Notes: a model not told the origin generated them from the sequence alone. A stretch of DNA of 64,000 bases from Deferribacterales bacterium (GCA_050251875.1 JBFWMA010000007.1:32001-96000); one strand, 5' to 3'; counted from the stretch's first letter, positions 1-9,128 are shown. Program-made: numbers and translations.

Positions 1-2
1 CC

Positions 3-1325
3 GCCCTCTTAATAAGCGGGCTCGCCTTCGCCACCATTATCATCAATCTGGCGGTGATATTCTATTTCGAATACGCCTCATCGTTCAGAAACGCCGAGAA
101 ATATATCAACGCCCAGTTTACCATCATGTCGGACGATCTGTCGGAGGCTATCATCACAGATGATATTTACGCTCTTTTCACCACGATAGAGAGCGTTTCG
201 CAGTCCATCCCGAACATAGACAACATAGCCGTATACAACGCTGACGGCGAATATATCTCAGACGCTATGGTGCGTGTGGACAAACTCACGTCCACAGACA
301 ATACCATCATAATATCAAAAGACATCAGAGCCGGAGCGAGGAGAATCGGCACTATAGATTTTTTCATCAACAGAGACCTGATTATCCGCCAGATAGCCGT
401 CAATGTGACGAAGCTGTTCGTTGTCAGCTTTATCCTCATTCTGATCGGCACCATAGCCGGGCTCTATCTGGTCAGCAAAATGACAGCGCCGCTGGTGGAT
501 CTTTCGGCACAGATAAAGAATCTGGATGTTCTCGAACTGCCGTACAAATTTTCCATCTCAGAATTTTCGTCATCTGAAACACAAAACTTGAAAAACGTCA
601 TAGAAAACCTCTCGCTGAAATTGAAAAACGCCATCGACACCATAAACGACCAGCAGAAAGAGATATCCAGAAGCGAAAGACTGGCATACATAGGCACCAT
701 GTCCGCCGGACTGGCGCACGAGCTGAAAAACCCCATAATGACGATAAATCTCATCATAGAAAACCTGGCGGAAGAGACAGCCGGCAACCCCCAGATTAAA
801 GAGGATTTTATAATCATCAAACAGGAGACGTCCAAGCTGGTTTTCAGAATCAACGAGTTTTTGGAATATTCCCGCCCGGTCAAGCTGTTCTTCTCCCAGA
901 CCAGCACATTTGAGCTGATCGACTTCATCAGAAAGAACGTGATAGCAGAAAAAACCGTGAGACTGAAAGTGAGCTATAAATCGCAGGAAGACTGGATACT
1001 CATTACGGATATGACAAAGATAGCCCAGATAGCGGAGATTTTCATAAGCAACTCCGCCGCCGCCGGAGCGGACAGTGTGGAATTTGAGTTTTCCGTGAAG
1101 GACGGCAGATTCACGATAGTCTGTGATGACAACGGAACAGGACTGAAAGCGGACGTGTCCAAAATGCTGCTTCCTTTCTATACCACAAAAAAAGACGGCT
1201 CCGGACTGGGACTTGCTATCTGCGCTACCATCACCGATGCTATGGGCGGCGATATCAAAGCGGAAAACAACATCTCAGGCGGAGCCAGATTCACGATTAG
1301 CCTTCCTATTCCGGACAGCGTCTAA
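3..1325 (+). CDS. Membrane-bound sensor histidine kinase (HAMP-HisKA-HATPase), 5' end beyond window
   Basis: H-box 'SAGLAHELKNP', G1/F/G2 boxes 'DDNGTG', 'PFYTTK', 'GSGLGLAI'; two hydrophobic segments; frame open from position 3 (ALLISGLAFATIIINLAV...). Confidence 0.93.
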   Translation, partial: ALLISGLAFATIIINLAVIFYFEYASSFRNAEKYINAQFTIMSDDLSEAIITDDIYALFTTIESVSQSIPNIDNIAVYNADGEYISDAMVRVDKLTSTDNTIIISKDIRAGARRIGTIDFFINRDLIIRQIAVNVTKLFVVSFILILIGTIAGLYLVSKMTAPLVDLSAQIKNLDVLELPYKFSISEFSSSETQNLKNVIENLSLKLKNAIDTINDQQKEISRSERLAYIGTMSAGLAHELKNPIMTINLIIENLAEETAGNPQIKEDFIIIKQETSKLVFRINEFLEYSRPVKLFFSQTSTFELIDFIRKNVIAEKTVRLKVSYKSQEDWILITDMTKIAQIAEIFISNSAAAGADSVEFEFSVKDGRFTIVCDDNGTGLKADVSKMLLPFYTTKKDGSGLGLAICATITDAMGGDIKAENNISGGARFTISLPIPDSV

Positions 1326-1678
1326 CACCCCATATCGTGCTGTTCGACAATCCTCGGCTCTATTTTGTATCTTTTTATATCCCTCCTCCCCGACTCTATA
1401 GTAATTGTAACCTCAGTATTTTCGAAACACTTATTATCGAAATATATCAATGCCCTGCCGTTGCCTGAAACGAACTTGTCACCCTCTTTTACAACTCCTG
1501 TAACCTTCTGAATACTGACGCAGGGATTGCTGATATCCACCCGGAACTTCAGCTCCGAGGCGATCTGAAACCTGAAATTCTCATATTCAGCCACATGCTC
1601 CGGCGCATATGTTATATATTCTCCGGCGAAACACGAAAAGCTGAACAGACAAGACAGACAAAAGAAAATTATCTTCAT
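1322..1678 (-). CDS. Hypothetical exported protein (118 aa)
   Basis: Signal-peptide-like N-terminus MKIIFFCLSCLFSFSCFA; GAGG RBS upstream; no recognisable domain. Confidence 0.7.
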   Translation of the reverse strand: MKIIFFCLSCLFSFSCFAGEYITYAPEHVAEYENFRFQIASELKFRVDISNPCVSIQKVTGVVKEGDKFVSGNGRALIYFDNKCFENTEVTITIESGRRDIKRYKIEPRIVEQHDMGC

Positions 1679-1689
1679 ATTGTCCTCTG

Positions 1690-1725
1690 AAAAGAACGGA
1701 GGGACGCCGTGCGCCCCTCCGTTTT
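1690..1725 (-). terminator. Probable intrinsic terminator/hairpin after the molybdoenzyme gene
   Basis: Inverted repeat AACGGAGGG...CCCTCCGTT followed by CTTTT on the minus strand. Confidence 0.65.
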
Positions 1726-1729
1726 AGAA

Positions 1730-4700
1730 TCACATTTTTACTACATTAACCTTAGTGTCGTAAAATGAAGCGCTGCCTCCTATCTTGTCGGTACAGCACA
1801 TATTTTTCAGCACGGGGTCGATGGTGTTGGCGGCGTTGGAGCAGAGACCGGTGGCTCTTCTCTTGTCGCCTTTTATCGTTTTGCCGTTAACCACTACGTC
1901 AGCGGCGCCGTATGCCCAGTGTCCATAGTGCCATGATACGGCGATGGTTCCGGGTCTGATGGTTTCGGATACTTTTACCTTGCCCTGCATGGGAACAGTT
2001 GTTCCGTTTTTCAGATCCCACACCCCGTCAGGGTTGGAAGGAGACACAATCTTCGCTGTGTCGCCTGTGGAAAGACCGAGTCTGGCGGCGTCTTTAGTGT
2101 GTATCAGGATAAAATTCTCCGGATTATGCAGTTCGTTCGACCAATAGTTGCCTATTGTCCTTGACTGACCTCCGGTGATCTCCTTATAGGTAATCAGATC
2201 CAGATCATACCCAGCCTGCTGAAGGGGTCTGTCCAGCATATCGGCGGCAACAGTGTATACGGGGTAGCCCAAGAATCTCTTGCCTGTCATAGAGTCTTTT
2301 GTCATGGCTACTTTTTCCACATATGTGTTGATGCGCTTTTTAAACTGGTGAGCCACTTTGTCCCCGGCATAAGCATCCGGAAGGAACTCGAATCGTCCGC
2401 CTCTGTTGAGGACATAAACCATCTTAGCCCAGTTCTTTGTCTGCGCTTTCGCTCTTTCTATGTCGAAAGCGGCTGCGGAAAGATGCTTTCTGGCTTTTTC
2501 AAAAACAGCCAGCTCTTCCGCTGAAGCGGCGGGAACACCCTCGCCCTCCATAGCTATATTTTCCACCAGCTTCATATAGAAGTCGTTGTCAGTATAGTTG
2601 TCCATACCGGGACCGAATCCGTCCTTGCCGAATCCGGCGAGTCCCAGCTTCTCTGCCACCGCATAGGAGAATGTCTCTATGCAGATATGCGCTTTATGCC
2701 CGAAAACCTTCACAGTGTCTGTCAGAGGCTCTACCATAGGCTGGCGAACCTTAGAACATGTGGAAGCCACATCAGGTGTTGTGTGTGATGTCGCCCATCT
2801 CTCCCAGATCGCTTTATCGGGGATGATGTAGTCGGCGTACATCGTTGTTTCGCCTATCACTATGTCGCTGGCGATGAACAGAGGGAGCTTTTCAGTATCC
2901 TGAAGCATCTCGATGAACACCTGTCCGGCGGGAGAGGCATATGCCGCTGTACCCATGTGGGTGATGAGACATTTTATGCCGTAAGGATATTCTTCATATC
3001 CGGAAGGGATGATCTCCTGATAAACGCTTCCGGTAAACGGATAGTAAGGTCTTTTGGCGGGATAGCCTGTGAAGAAAGATGTGGACTCATACTTCACGCC
3101 CTCTCTTGTGACGGGATATCCGAATGTGCCAAGTTTTCCTTTAACCAGTTTGCCCATATCATAGGGGCATCCTGATTTTCCGCCGTATTCGTGCCAGTGA
3201 CCGCCGCCCACCATTATTCCGCCTGCCCAGTCTGTGTTGCCCACGAGCAGGTTCAGAGCGACTATCGATGTTGCGTTGTAATAGCCGTTGGTGTGCTGTA
3301 CTGATCCTCTGTAAAAATCTATTCCGGTCTTTTTGCCGTGGTTTGTGAACTCTTTCGCCACAAGCTCCACATCAGACGCCGGAACACCGCAGATTTCTGC
3401 CCATTCGGAAACTGTTCTGGTGAAGGCTGATTCTTTGTATATCTGGAACGCAGATTTCACCTTGATTCCGTTGATTTCGGTATCTACGAACAGCTCGCCT
3501 GTCACAGCGTCTCCCTTCTCCTCTCCGGATGCTGGTTTGCCGTCTGACATCACCACGAAGTCGCCTTTCAGCCCGATCTCTTCGGGTTTCAGATACGCTC
3601 CGGGACCGTCCTTCTCTATCTTCACCAGCCATGATGATGTGGTGAAGTTTGTCTCTTTCACAGCCTTAGCGGCGTTAAAGTTTGCCGCCTGAAGATATTT
3701 TGAGTCATATCTGGCGTTTTCCACTATATATCTTGCCATACCCAGAGCGAAGGCGGCGTCTGATCCAGCCTTGATAGGTATCCATTTTGTCGCTTTGGCG
3801 GCTGTTTTAGAGAATCTGGGGTCGATGACAAATACCTTCATGCCCCTCTCTGTGAGCCCCTCTGTGAGCTTTTCGCTGATTGCGGGAGGTCCGAAGTTCG
3901 CCTCGAAACCGCCTGTTCCGAAATATACCACGCATCCGGCATTCATTATATCCGGCTTAAGGTGTGTGACACCGCTGAACATCTGGGCAAAGCCGATGTG
4001 GTGTGACTGCTCGCATATGGTGGTGTGCTCGAAGAAGTTTCTGGAGCCGAAACAGTCTTTCATAAAACGGCTCATGAACTCCTTGCGCCCGTGCTCTATC
4101 CTGCCCGCCATGAAGACAAGCTGTGAGTTGGCGGGTCCTGCGTCCGGGTGATCCTGATTTGCGAACAGGTCGAGTCTGCCGGCGTATTTCGCCTTGAAGT
4201 CGGCTATGCTCATTTTCTTAGCCGCTACAGCCTTGCCGTCCGCTTCCATCTCTTTCATCAGAGCGGGGTCTTTTACCTTGTATAGGCTTCTGAGACCGCC
4301 AACGTTTCTGGTCTCTTCGCCTTTCACGTCTTTGAAGAGCAGACCGCCCTCCACTATCTCTTTAACAGCCTGATCGAAGTCGATGGTTATCCATTTGTTC
4401 TCTCCCCTCTTTCCGGCTCGTTTGAGTATTTTTTTCAGCCTGTAGGGGTCATAGAGAGACTGGATGCCCGCCTGTCCTTTGGGACATATTTTTGCGTCTA
4501 TCCTCGCCGCCTTGTCCAGAGATTCGTCCAGAGCGATGTTGGGATAGAGGTTTTGCGCTGTGTATGGGTTGCCGTCTATCTTCAGCAGTACGCCGTCTTT
4601 CACCTTGCCTTTGATGGCGCAGGCTGTGTGGCACTGAAGACAGATAGAATATATCACATGCTCAGGTGACGACAGGTCATAGCTGTTCACCTCTCCGCCT

Positions 4701-4843
4701 GTGGCAGATACATTATGCACAGCGTTAGCGGCACAGCCGAGCTGGGACGCCAGCACAGCGGAACCGCCCACAAACGCTGATGTTTTAAGGAATCCCCTGC
4801 GGTTCAGCTCGAATTTATCAAGGATATCTTTAAAGTTACTCAT
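1730..4843 (-). CDS. ttrA: Tat-exported molybdopterin oxidoreductase catalytic subunit, tetrathionate/selenate reductase (TtrA/SrdA) family
   Basis: Twin-Arg 'NRRGFLK'; N-terminal 4Fe-4S motif 'CLQCHTAC...CPKGQ'; 'HTTICEQSHH' region; C-terminal molybdopterin-dinucleotide domain; 1037 aa. Substrate not determinable from sequence. Confidence 0.8.
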   Translation of the reverse strand: MSNFKDILDKFELNRRGFLKTSAFVGGSAVLASQLGCAANAVHNVSATGGEVNSYDLSSPEHVIYSICLQCHTACAIKGKVKDGVLLKIDGNPYTAQNLYPNIALDESLDKAARIDAKICPKGQAGIQSLYDPYRLKKILKRAGKRGENKWITIDFDQAVKEIVEGGLLFKDVKGEETRNVGGLRSLYKVKDPALMKEMEADGKAVAAKKMSIADFKAKYAGRLDLFANQDHPDAGPANSQLVFMAGRIEHGRKEFMSRFMKDCFGSRNFFEHTTICEQSHHIGFAQMFSGVTHLKPDIMNAGCVVYFGTGGFEANFGPPAISEKLTEGLTERGMKVFVIDPRFSKTAAKATKWIPIKAGSDAAFALGMARYIVENARYDSKYLQAANFNAAKAVKETNFTTSSWLVKIEKDGPGAYLKPEEIGLKGDFVVMSDGKPASGEEKGDAVTGELFVDTEINGIKVKSAFQIYKESAFTRTVSEWAEICGVPASDVELVAKEFTNHGKKTGIDFYRGSVQHTNGYYNATSIVALNLLVGNTDWAGGIMVGGGHWHEYGGKSGCPYDMGKLVKGKLGTFGYPVTREGVKYESTSFFTGYPAKRPYYPFTGSVYQEIIPSGYEEYPYGIKCLITHMGTAAYASPAGQVFIEMLQDTEKLPLFIASDIVIGETTMYADYIIPDKAIWERWATSHTTPDVASTCSKVRQPMVEPLTDTVKVFGHKAHICIETFSYAVAEKLGLAGFGKDGFGPGMDNYTDNDFYMKLVENIAMEGEGVPAASAEELAVFEKARKHLSAAAFDIERAKAQTKNWAKMVYVLNRGGRFEFLPDAYAGDKVAHQFKKRINTYVEKVAMTKDSMTGKRFLGYPVYTVAADMLDRPLQQAGYDLDLITYKEITGGQSRTIGNYWSNELHNPENFILIHTKDAARLGLSTGDTAKIVSPSNPDGVWDLKNGTTVPMQGKVKVSETIRPGTIAVSWHYGHWAYGAADVVVNGKTIKGDKRRATGLCSNAANTIDPVLKNMCCTDKIGGSASFYDTKVNVVKM

Positions 4844-4858
4844 ATAATCCTCCCCGCC

Positions 4859-5599
4859 TTAACCGTGGCACTTTTTACAGAGCTCTACAGAATCTGTAAT
4901 GTATTTTGTGGTGGGGACAGTCTTCTTGTCTTCCATGAAAACATACAGATTGAGCTCTTTCGCCTTCTGATACACAAGGCTTTCTGTGTCGGATATATCT
5001 CCGAAATATGTAGCGCCGCCAAGGCAGGTCGTTACACATGTGGGGAGCATAGCGGCGTTCAGCCTGTGAAGGCAGTAGTGACACTTGCGGCAGCTGTTCA
5101 CCGGAAGGGATTTCGATGTTCTCTTCATCTCTTTGCCGTATTCATAGATAGGTCCATGCTCATATTCCATCACCGCCGGCGCGGATGAGGTATAGAAATT
5201 GCCATGGTCAACCTTTATGGCTGAATAGGGGCAGGCTTTTTCGGCTGCTCCGCCGCATCCCACGCACTTTGCGTAGTTCACGGCGACTATGCCGTCTTCT
5301 CTTTTATAGATAGCTTTACCTGTGCAGGCTTTAATGCAGGGCGCATCATCGCACTGCATGCACATACCCGGCATAAAAACGCTCATTACATCGGGATATT
5401 CACCATCCTCAGCTTCTTTTACCCAGCGGTAATTAACACCCTCGGGTGTTTTGTTCTCCGCTTTGCAGGCGACGGCGCAGGCGTGGCAGCCTGTGCATTT
5501 TCTGATATCGATCAGCATCGCCCATTTCCTTTTTGACACGGGCTTCAGGAGAGCTCTTTCCAGATCTCTCTGCATCCTTACAATATTGGATTCGTTCAT
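4859..5599 (-). CDS. ttrB: 4Fe-4S dicluster electron-transfer subunit (TtrB/DmsB-like) with C-terminal CxxCH
   Basis: 'CTGCHACAVAC', 'CMQCDDAPCIKAC', 'CVGC...ACPY', 'CRKCHYC...CVTTC'; ends ELCKKCHG. Confidence 0.85.
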   Translation of the reverse strand: MNESNIVRMQRDLERALLKPVSKRKWAMLIDIRKCTGCHACAVACKAENKTPEGVNYRWVKEAEDGEYPDVMSVFMPGMCMQCDDAPCIKACTGKAIYKREDGIVAVNYAKCVGCGGAAEKACPYSAIKVDHGNFYTSSAPAVMEYEHGPIYEYGKEMKRTSKSLPVNSCRKCHYCLHRLNAAMLPTCVTTCLGGATYFGDISDTESLVYQKAKELNLYVFMEDKKTVPTTKYITDSVELCKKCHG

Positions 5600-5631
5600 A
5601 GGAACCTCCGTAAGTAATTACGGATAATAAC

Positions 5632-5646
5632 GCAAGAGCTGTGCCA
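5632..5646 (-). promoter_or_regulatory. Sigma54 (-24/-12) promoter of the reductase operon
   Basis: Minus strand TGGCAC-AGCTC-TTGC, an exact consensus match, about 32 bp upstream of the B-subunit ATG. Confidence 0.9.
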
Positions 5647-5694
5647 TTAATAAATTAGCTAAGTTTCTGATAAACGCTCGAATAACGCTTTTGT

Positions 5695-5734
5695 TGTAAG
5701 ATTTCTTTACAGACAGGTGTAAGGATTATGTACT
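5695..5734. promoter_or_regulatory. Tandem enhancer (UAS) sites for a sigma54 activator
   Basis: TGTAAGATTTCTTTACA (5695-5711, TGT-N11-ACA) and TGTAAGGATTATGTACT (5718-5734), upstream of the sigma54 promoter. Confidence 0.6.
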
Positions 5735-7118
5735 ATTGAGAGAGACCGTATTTTTTCAGCTTTTCATAGAGGGTCACACGGCTGATGCCGAGCATTTTCG
5801 CGGCGGCTGTATTGTTGTTCTGACATTCCGCCAGAACGCTTTTTATAATGCTCTCCTCTACCTCTTCCACAGCCTGAACAAGGATATTTTCACTGAACTT
5901 AGTCCGGAAATATCCGCTGACGTCACGGCATGGCTCGCAGTCGGAATCGGACCCGGTACCCAGAGCGGAGATCATCACGTCTTTGGTAACGGCGCCGGAG
6001 TTTGCCATCGCCACCGCCTTTGCCATTACATTTTTCAGCTCACGGACGTTTCCCTGCCATCTGTACGATTCCAGAGTCTCACGGGCGGATTTCTCCACAC
6101 AGCATATATTCTTGCCGATGGATTCTGAGAAGAATTTTATGAAATGAAGCACCGAGGGCCAGATATCCTTAACACGGCTTCTGAGAGGTGGAATCTCGAT
6201 GCTGAAGGCGTTTATACGGTAATAGAGATCCTCTCTGAACAGACCGTCTGCGACCAGCCTGCGCAGGTTTCTGTTGGTGGCGGAGATGATCCTGATATCC
6301 ACTTTCTTCAGAGTATTCTCACCCACACGCTGGATGCGTCCGTCCTGAAGCACCTGAAGCAGTTTTCCCTGAAGCGGCAGAGGCAGATCGCCTATCTCGT
6401 CCAGAAAGATCGTACCTTTATCCGCCATCTGAAATTTTCCGGGGTTAGATGCGTATGCCCCGGTGAAAGCGCCCTTGGCGTAGCCGAACAGCTCGCTTTC
6501 CAGCAGGTTTTCCGGGATAGCGGCGCAGTTTATGTTTATGAAAGGATGGTCTTTTCTCTGGCTGTATCTGTGGATGAGTTTTGACGCCACGTCTTTTCCT
6601 GTCCCGCTCTCACCCGTTATGAGGACGGGGGTATCTGTGGCGGAGATGATGGCTATGTTTTTCAGAACGTCTTTCATCTCTCCGGAAACGGCTATTACCG
6701 CTTCCGAGTTATACGGAACCTCTGACAATATCTCAAAGTTTTCGTTGTCGAAACAGTAAGCGGAGCTCGCGGAATATTTTTCTATTATCTCTATGAGCTG
6801 TTTCGTCTCTGCGGGTTTTGTGAGAAAATCCACAGCGCCCATCCGGATAGCGTCCAATATCAGCTCTGTGGAGCCGTGGGCGGTGAGCATCACCACGGGA
6901 ATCTCTTTCGTCAGCTCTCTGATGCTCCTCAGAACATCCAGACCGTTTTCGTCTCCCAGCCTGTAGTCGAGAAAGATCAGGCTGAACTTCTCCGACTTTA
7001 TCAATGAATAAGCGCCATCGAGATCCATAGCGGTAAATATTTCATAATATTTACCCAGTGAGCGTTTCAGCCCGTAACATACCGCTTCGTCATCATCTAT
7101 TATCAGAATTTTATGCAT
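5733..7118 (-). CDS. NtrC-family sigma54-dependent response regulator (REC-AAA+-Fis HTH)
   Basis: Receiver 'IIDDD..LDYRL'; Walker A 'GESGTGKD'; 'ESELFG', 'GAFTGA', 'FLDEIG'; HTH 'AAKMLGISRVTLYEKLKKY'. Confidence 0.95.
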   Translation of the reverse strand: MHKILIIDDDEAVCYGLKRSLGKYYEIFTAMDLDGAYSLIKSEKFSLIFLDYRLGDENGLDVLRSIRELTKEIPVVMLTAHGSTELILDAIRMGAVDFLTKPAETKQLIEIIEKYSASSAYCFDNENFEILSEVPYNSEAVIAVSGEMKDVLKNIAIISATDTPVLITGESGTGKDVASKLIHRYSQRKDHPFININCAAIPENLLESELFGYAKGAFTGAYASNPGKFQMADKGTIFLDEIGDLPLPLQGKLLQVLQDGRIQRVGENTLKKVDIRIISATNRNLRRLVADGLFREDLYYRINAFSIEIPPLRSRVKDIWPSVLHFIKFFSESIGKNICCVEKSARETLESYRWQGNVRELKNVMAKAVAMANSGAVTKDVMISALGTGSDSDCEPCRDVSGYFRTKFSENILVQAVEEVEESIIKSVLAECQNNNTAAAKMLGISRVTLYEKLKKYGLSQ

Positions 7119-7301
7119 TATCTATTCTGACAAAAAATCATTTCGTGAGCAATACATTCTTTTTCAGAGATGGGGAGATTAAACACACTCCCACATTGAC
7201 AAAATGCAACAATATTTACAAAGAAGCATATTCTTTTTGACTATTAATTATATTCAGTGATACTATTTTTTGATATCAAATACTTTCATCCAGAGACGAC
7301 C

Positions 7302-8384
7302 ATGAGTTTTTTTAAAAATCTTTTTAATGTTATTTTTTTACCTTTTAAAATAATCTATCACGTTTTAATCACAATACTGCTTCTAGTTTATAGACCAATC
7401 AAAAATTATCTCAGCGGTTCTTTTATCATTCAAGTGTCAGTAATAGCGAGCATCATCACAATTGCATTATTCTTTACTGACAATATCAAACCTCTTATAA
7501 AACATACAGAAAGCAATACTGAACAAACTGAAAGAGATGATGCTGCTTATCTGGACAAAGGAAACCTGATAACCGGAAGATTCTGGGAAAGACCAAATTT
7601 ATCTTATGAAATACCCAAAGATACTAATGATACAAATTATATTAACTTTGAAGGTGGAGATAAAATAGATGCCGAGTTAGCAAGCAAGAATGAGATTATT
7701 GATATCATTGAACTTATTACTTTTATCACAGATATCGGTGAATTATGGCCTTCAGATCTTGCGGGTTTAAAAATACATTGGAACGATAATCTCAAAGAAG
7801 ACTTATTCAGAAAACACTACTTTTCTGATCCAGATGCATCAAAATATAATTTAGACTATTCCCCGATTTTTGCAGACTACAAAGACGGTTATTTCTATGG
7901 ATACCATAACAATAAAAGGGATATCGCATATAGAATAGGTAACGGTCTCGAACCCGCAAAATGGTATATAAGAGCATATACATGTGACTACAGTTCAAGT
8001 TGTTCCCATAGCTATAATAATTTCTTAATTGTTCCCCCTGTTATCAAGACAGGGATTATCAGTCTTTTCAACCAGAATGTATTTATTTCTATTCTGAGAA
8101 AAAATAATATTAAATTTGATATATTATATTCTTACGACTATTCATCATCTGAAATACCAAGTGAAAACAGCTTGTATAGTTACTTTTCATCTCAGCTACT
8201 GGTCAAAATCAATTATTCTATCATCGAGGTACTAGAAATAGCTGGCGGCAATGCTGGATGGCATGAAGGAAGAATCAGAATATGGCCATTAGATGAATTC
8301 AGTAATAGTCCAGAATACACAAATAAGTTAATTTTACAGTTCATCGGTAAGAACATTGAAAAAATCATGGATATGAATGGTTAG
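7302..8384 (+). CDS. AT-rich hypothetical membrane-anchored protein (probably horizontally acquired)
   Basis: Long ORF, two N-terminal hydrophobic stretches, visibly more AT-rich than flanking genes; ATG at 7302 preferred to GTG at 7257. Confidence 0.75.
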   Translation: MSFFKNLFNVIFLPFKIIYHVLITILLLVYRPIKNYLSGSFIIQVSVIASIITIALFFTDNIKPLIKHTESNTEQTERDDAAYLDKGNLITGRFWERPNLSYEIPKDTNDTNYINFEGGDKIDAELASKNEIIDIIELITFITDIGELWPSDLAGLKIHWNDNLKEDLFRKHYFSDPDASKYNLDYSPIFADYKDGYFYGYHNNKRDIAYRIGNGLEPAKWYIRAYTCDYSSSCSHSYNNFLIVPPVIKTGIISLFNQNVFISILRKNNIKFDILYSYDYSSSEIPSENSLYSYFSSQLLVKINYSIIEVLEIAGGNAGWHEGRIRIWPLDEFSNSPEYTNKLILQFIGKNIEKIMDMNG

Positions 8385-8409
8385 ACCAAAAACTGATTTT
8401 AACTATAAA

Positions 8410-8508
8410 TCAGAAAAAAAGTCTCTGCTGTGCAGCTGTGCTGTTTGCCGCAGATGCAACAGGTGAACTGAAGAATGTGTTCAGGTTGTTGATGCCTGTT
8501 ATTTGCAT
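8410..8508 (-). CDS. Small ORF or 5' gene remnant MQITGINNLNTFFSSPVASAANSTAAQQRLFF (32 aa)
   Basis: Hand translation; GGAG RBS 7 nt before ATG; sigma28-like promoter upstream. Confidence 0.4.
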   Translation of the reverse strand: MQITGINNLNTFFSSPVASAANSTAAQQRLFF

Positions 8509-8544
8509 AGCATGACTCCGTCAGTGAAATTCTGCCTGATTCAC

Positions 8545-8571
8545 CTATCGTCTACATGTGAAATATCTTAA
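8545..8571 (-). promoter_or_regulatory. Possible sigma28 (FliA)-type promoter
   Basis: Minus strand TTAA-N15-GACGATAG vs consensus TAAA-N15-GCCGATAA. Confidence 0.35.
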
Positions 8572-8636
8572 CGAAAACTGGGGATAAGTGTCGGCAAATA
8601 AAAAAACCACTAAGCGATTGATTCCAAAGAGATTTA

Positions 8637-8870
8637 AAATCGGAATGACAGGATTGAGGCAAACAAGTTCGCCATTCTGCACCAGGCAACAAAAAAAAGA
8701 GGCAACAGCCAAAGCTGATGCCATATGAAATTGATAAAAAGATCTTGATATGAAATGTTGAAGATATACTAGACTGCCTTTATGACAGGATTGAAGCCGA
8801 ACTGCGTTCGCCTAATCCTGCAACCGGCAACAAAAAAAAAGAGGCAACAGCCAAAGCTGATGCCTCTTTT
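8637..8870 (-). repeat. tRNA-linked tandem repeats: two ~80-bp units, each a terminator-like segment plus a tRNA-Pro 3'-end mimic
   Basis: 8645-8722 and 8782-8864 both read ATGACAGGATTGA...GGCAAC(A)nGAGGCAACAGCCAAAGCTGATGCC; AATCGGAATGACAGGATT at 8638 nearly matches the tRNA end AATCGGGATGACAGGATT at 8875. Confidence 0.8.
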
Positions 8871-8876
8871 TATTAA

Positions 8877-8950
8877 TCGGGATGACAGGATTTGAACCTG
8901 CGACCACACCCACCCCAAGGGTGTACGCTACCAGTCTGCGCTACATCCCG
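8877..8950 (-). tRNA. tRNA-Pro (GGG)
   Basis: CGGGATGTAGCGCAGACTGGTAGCGTACACCCTTGGGGTGGGTGTGGTCGCAGGTTCAAATCCTGTCATCCCGA; anticodon arm CACCC-TTGGGGT-GGGTG; no encoded CCA. Confidence 0.95.
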
Positions 8951-9099
8951 TTATCCTGTCTAACTACCTGTTTGACAGGAGAGTGTTATATACCAAAGCT
9001 GGTTACCCATGTCAAGAAAATTGTAAGAAAAATTAACATTGATTCATAAACCCCCGAAAATAGGGCTTTCTAGAAAAAATCTAATCTTTTAATGAAAGT

Positions 9100-9128
9100 C
9101 TGACATTGGCTTAACAAATATTTTACAA
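9100..9128 (+). promoter_or_regulatory. Pho-box-like direct repeats upstream of pstS
   Basis: CTGACAT (9100), TTAACAA (9111), TTTACAA (9122) at 11-bp period. Confidence 0.6.

Noticed and set aside
8637..8870. Possible CRISPR array
   Set aside because: Only two imperfect ~80-bp units derived from the tRNA end and terminator; no repeat-spacer periodicity and no cas genes
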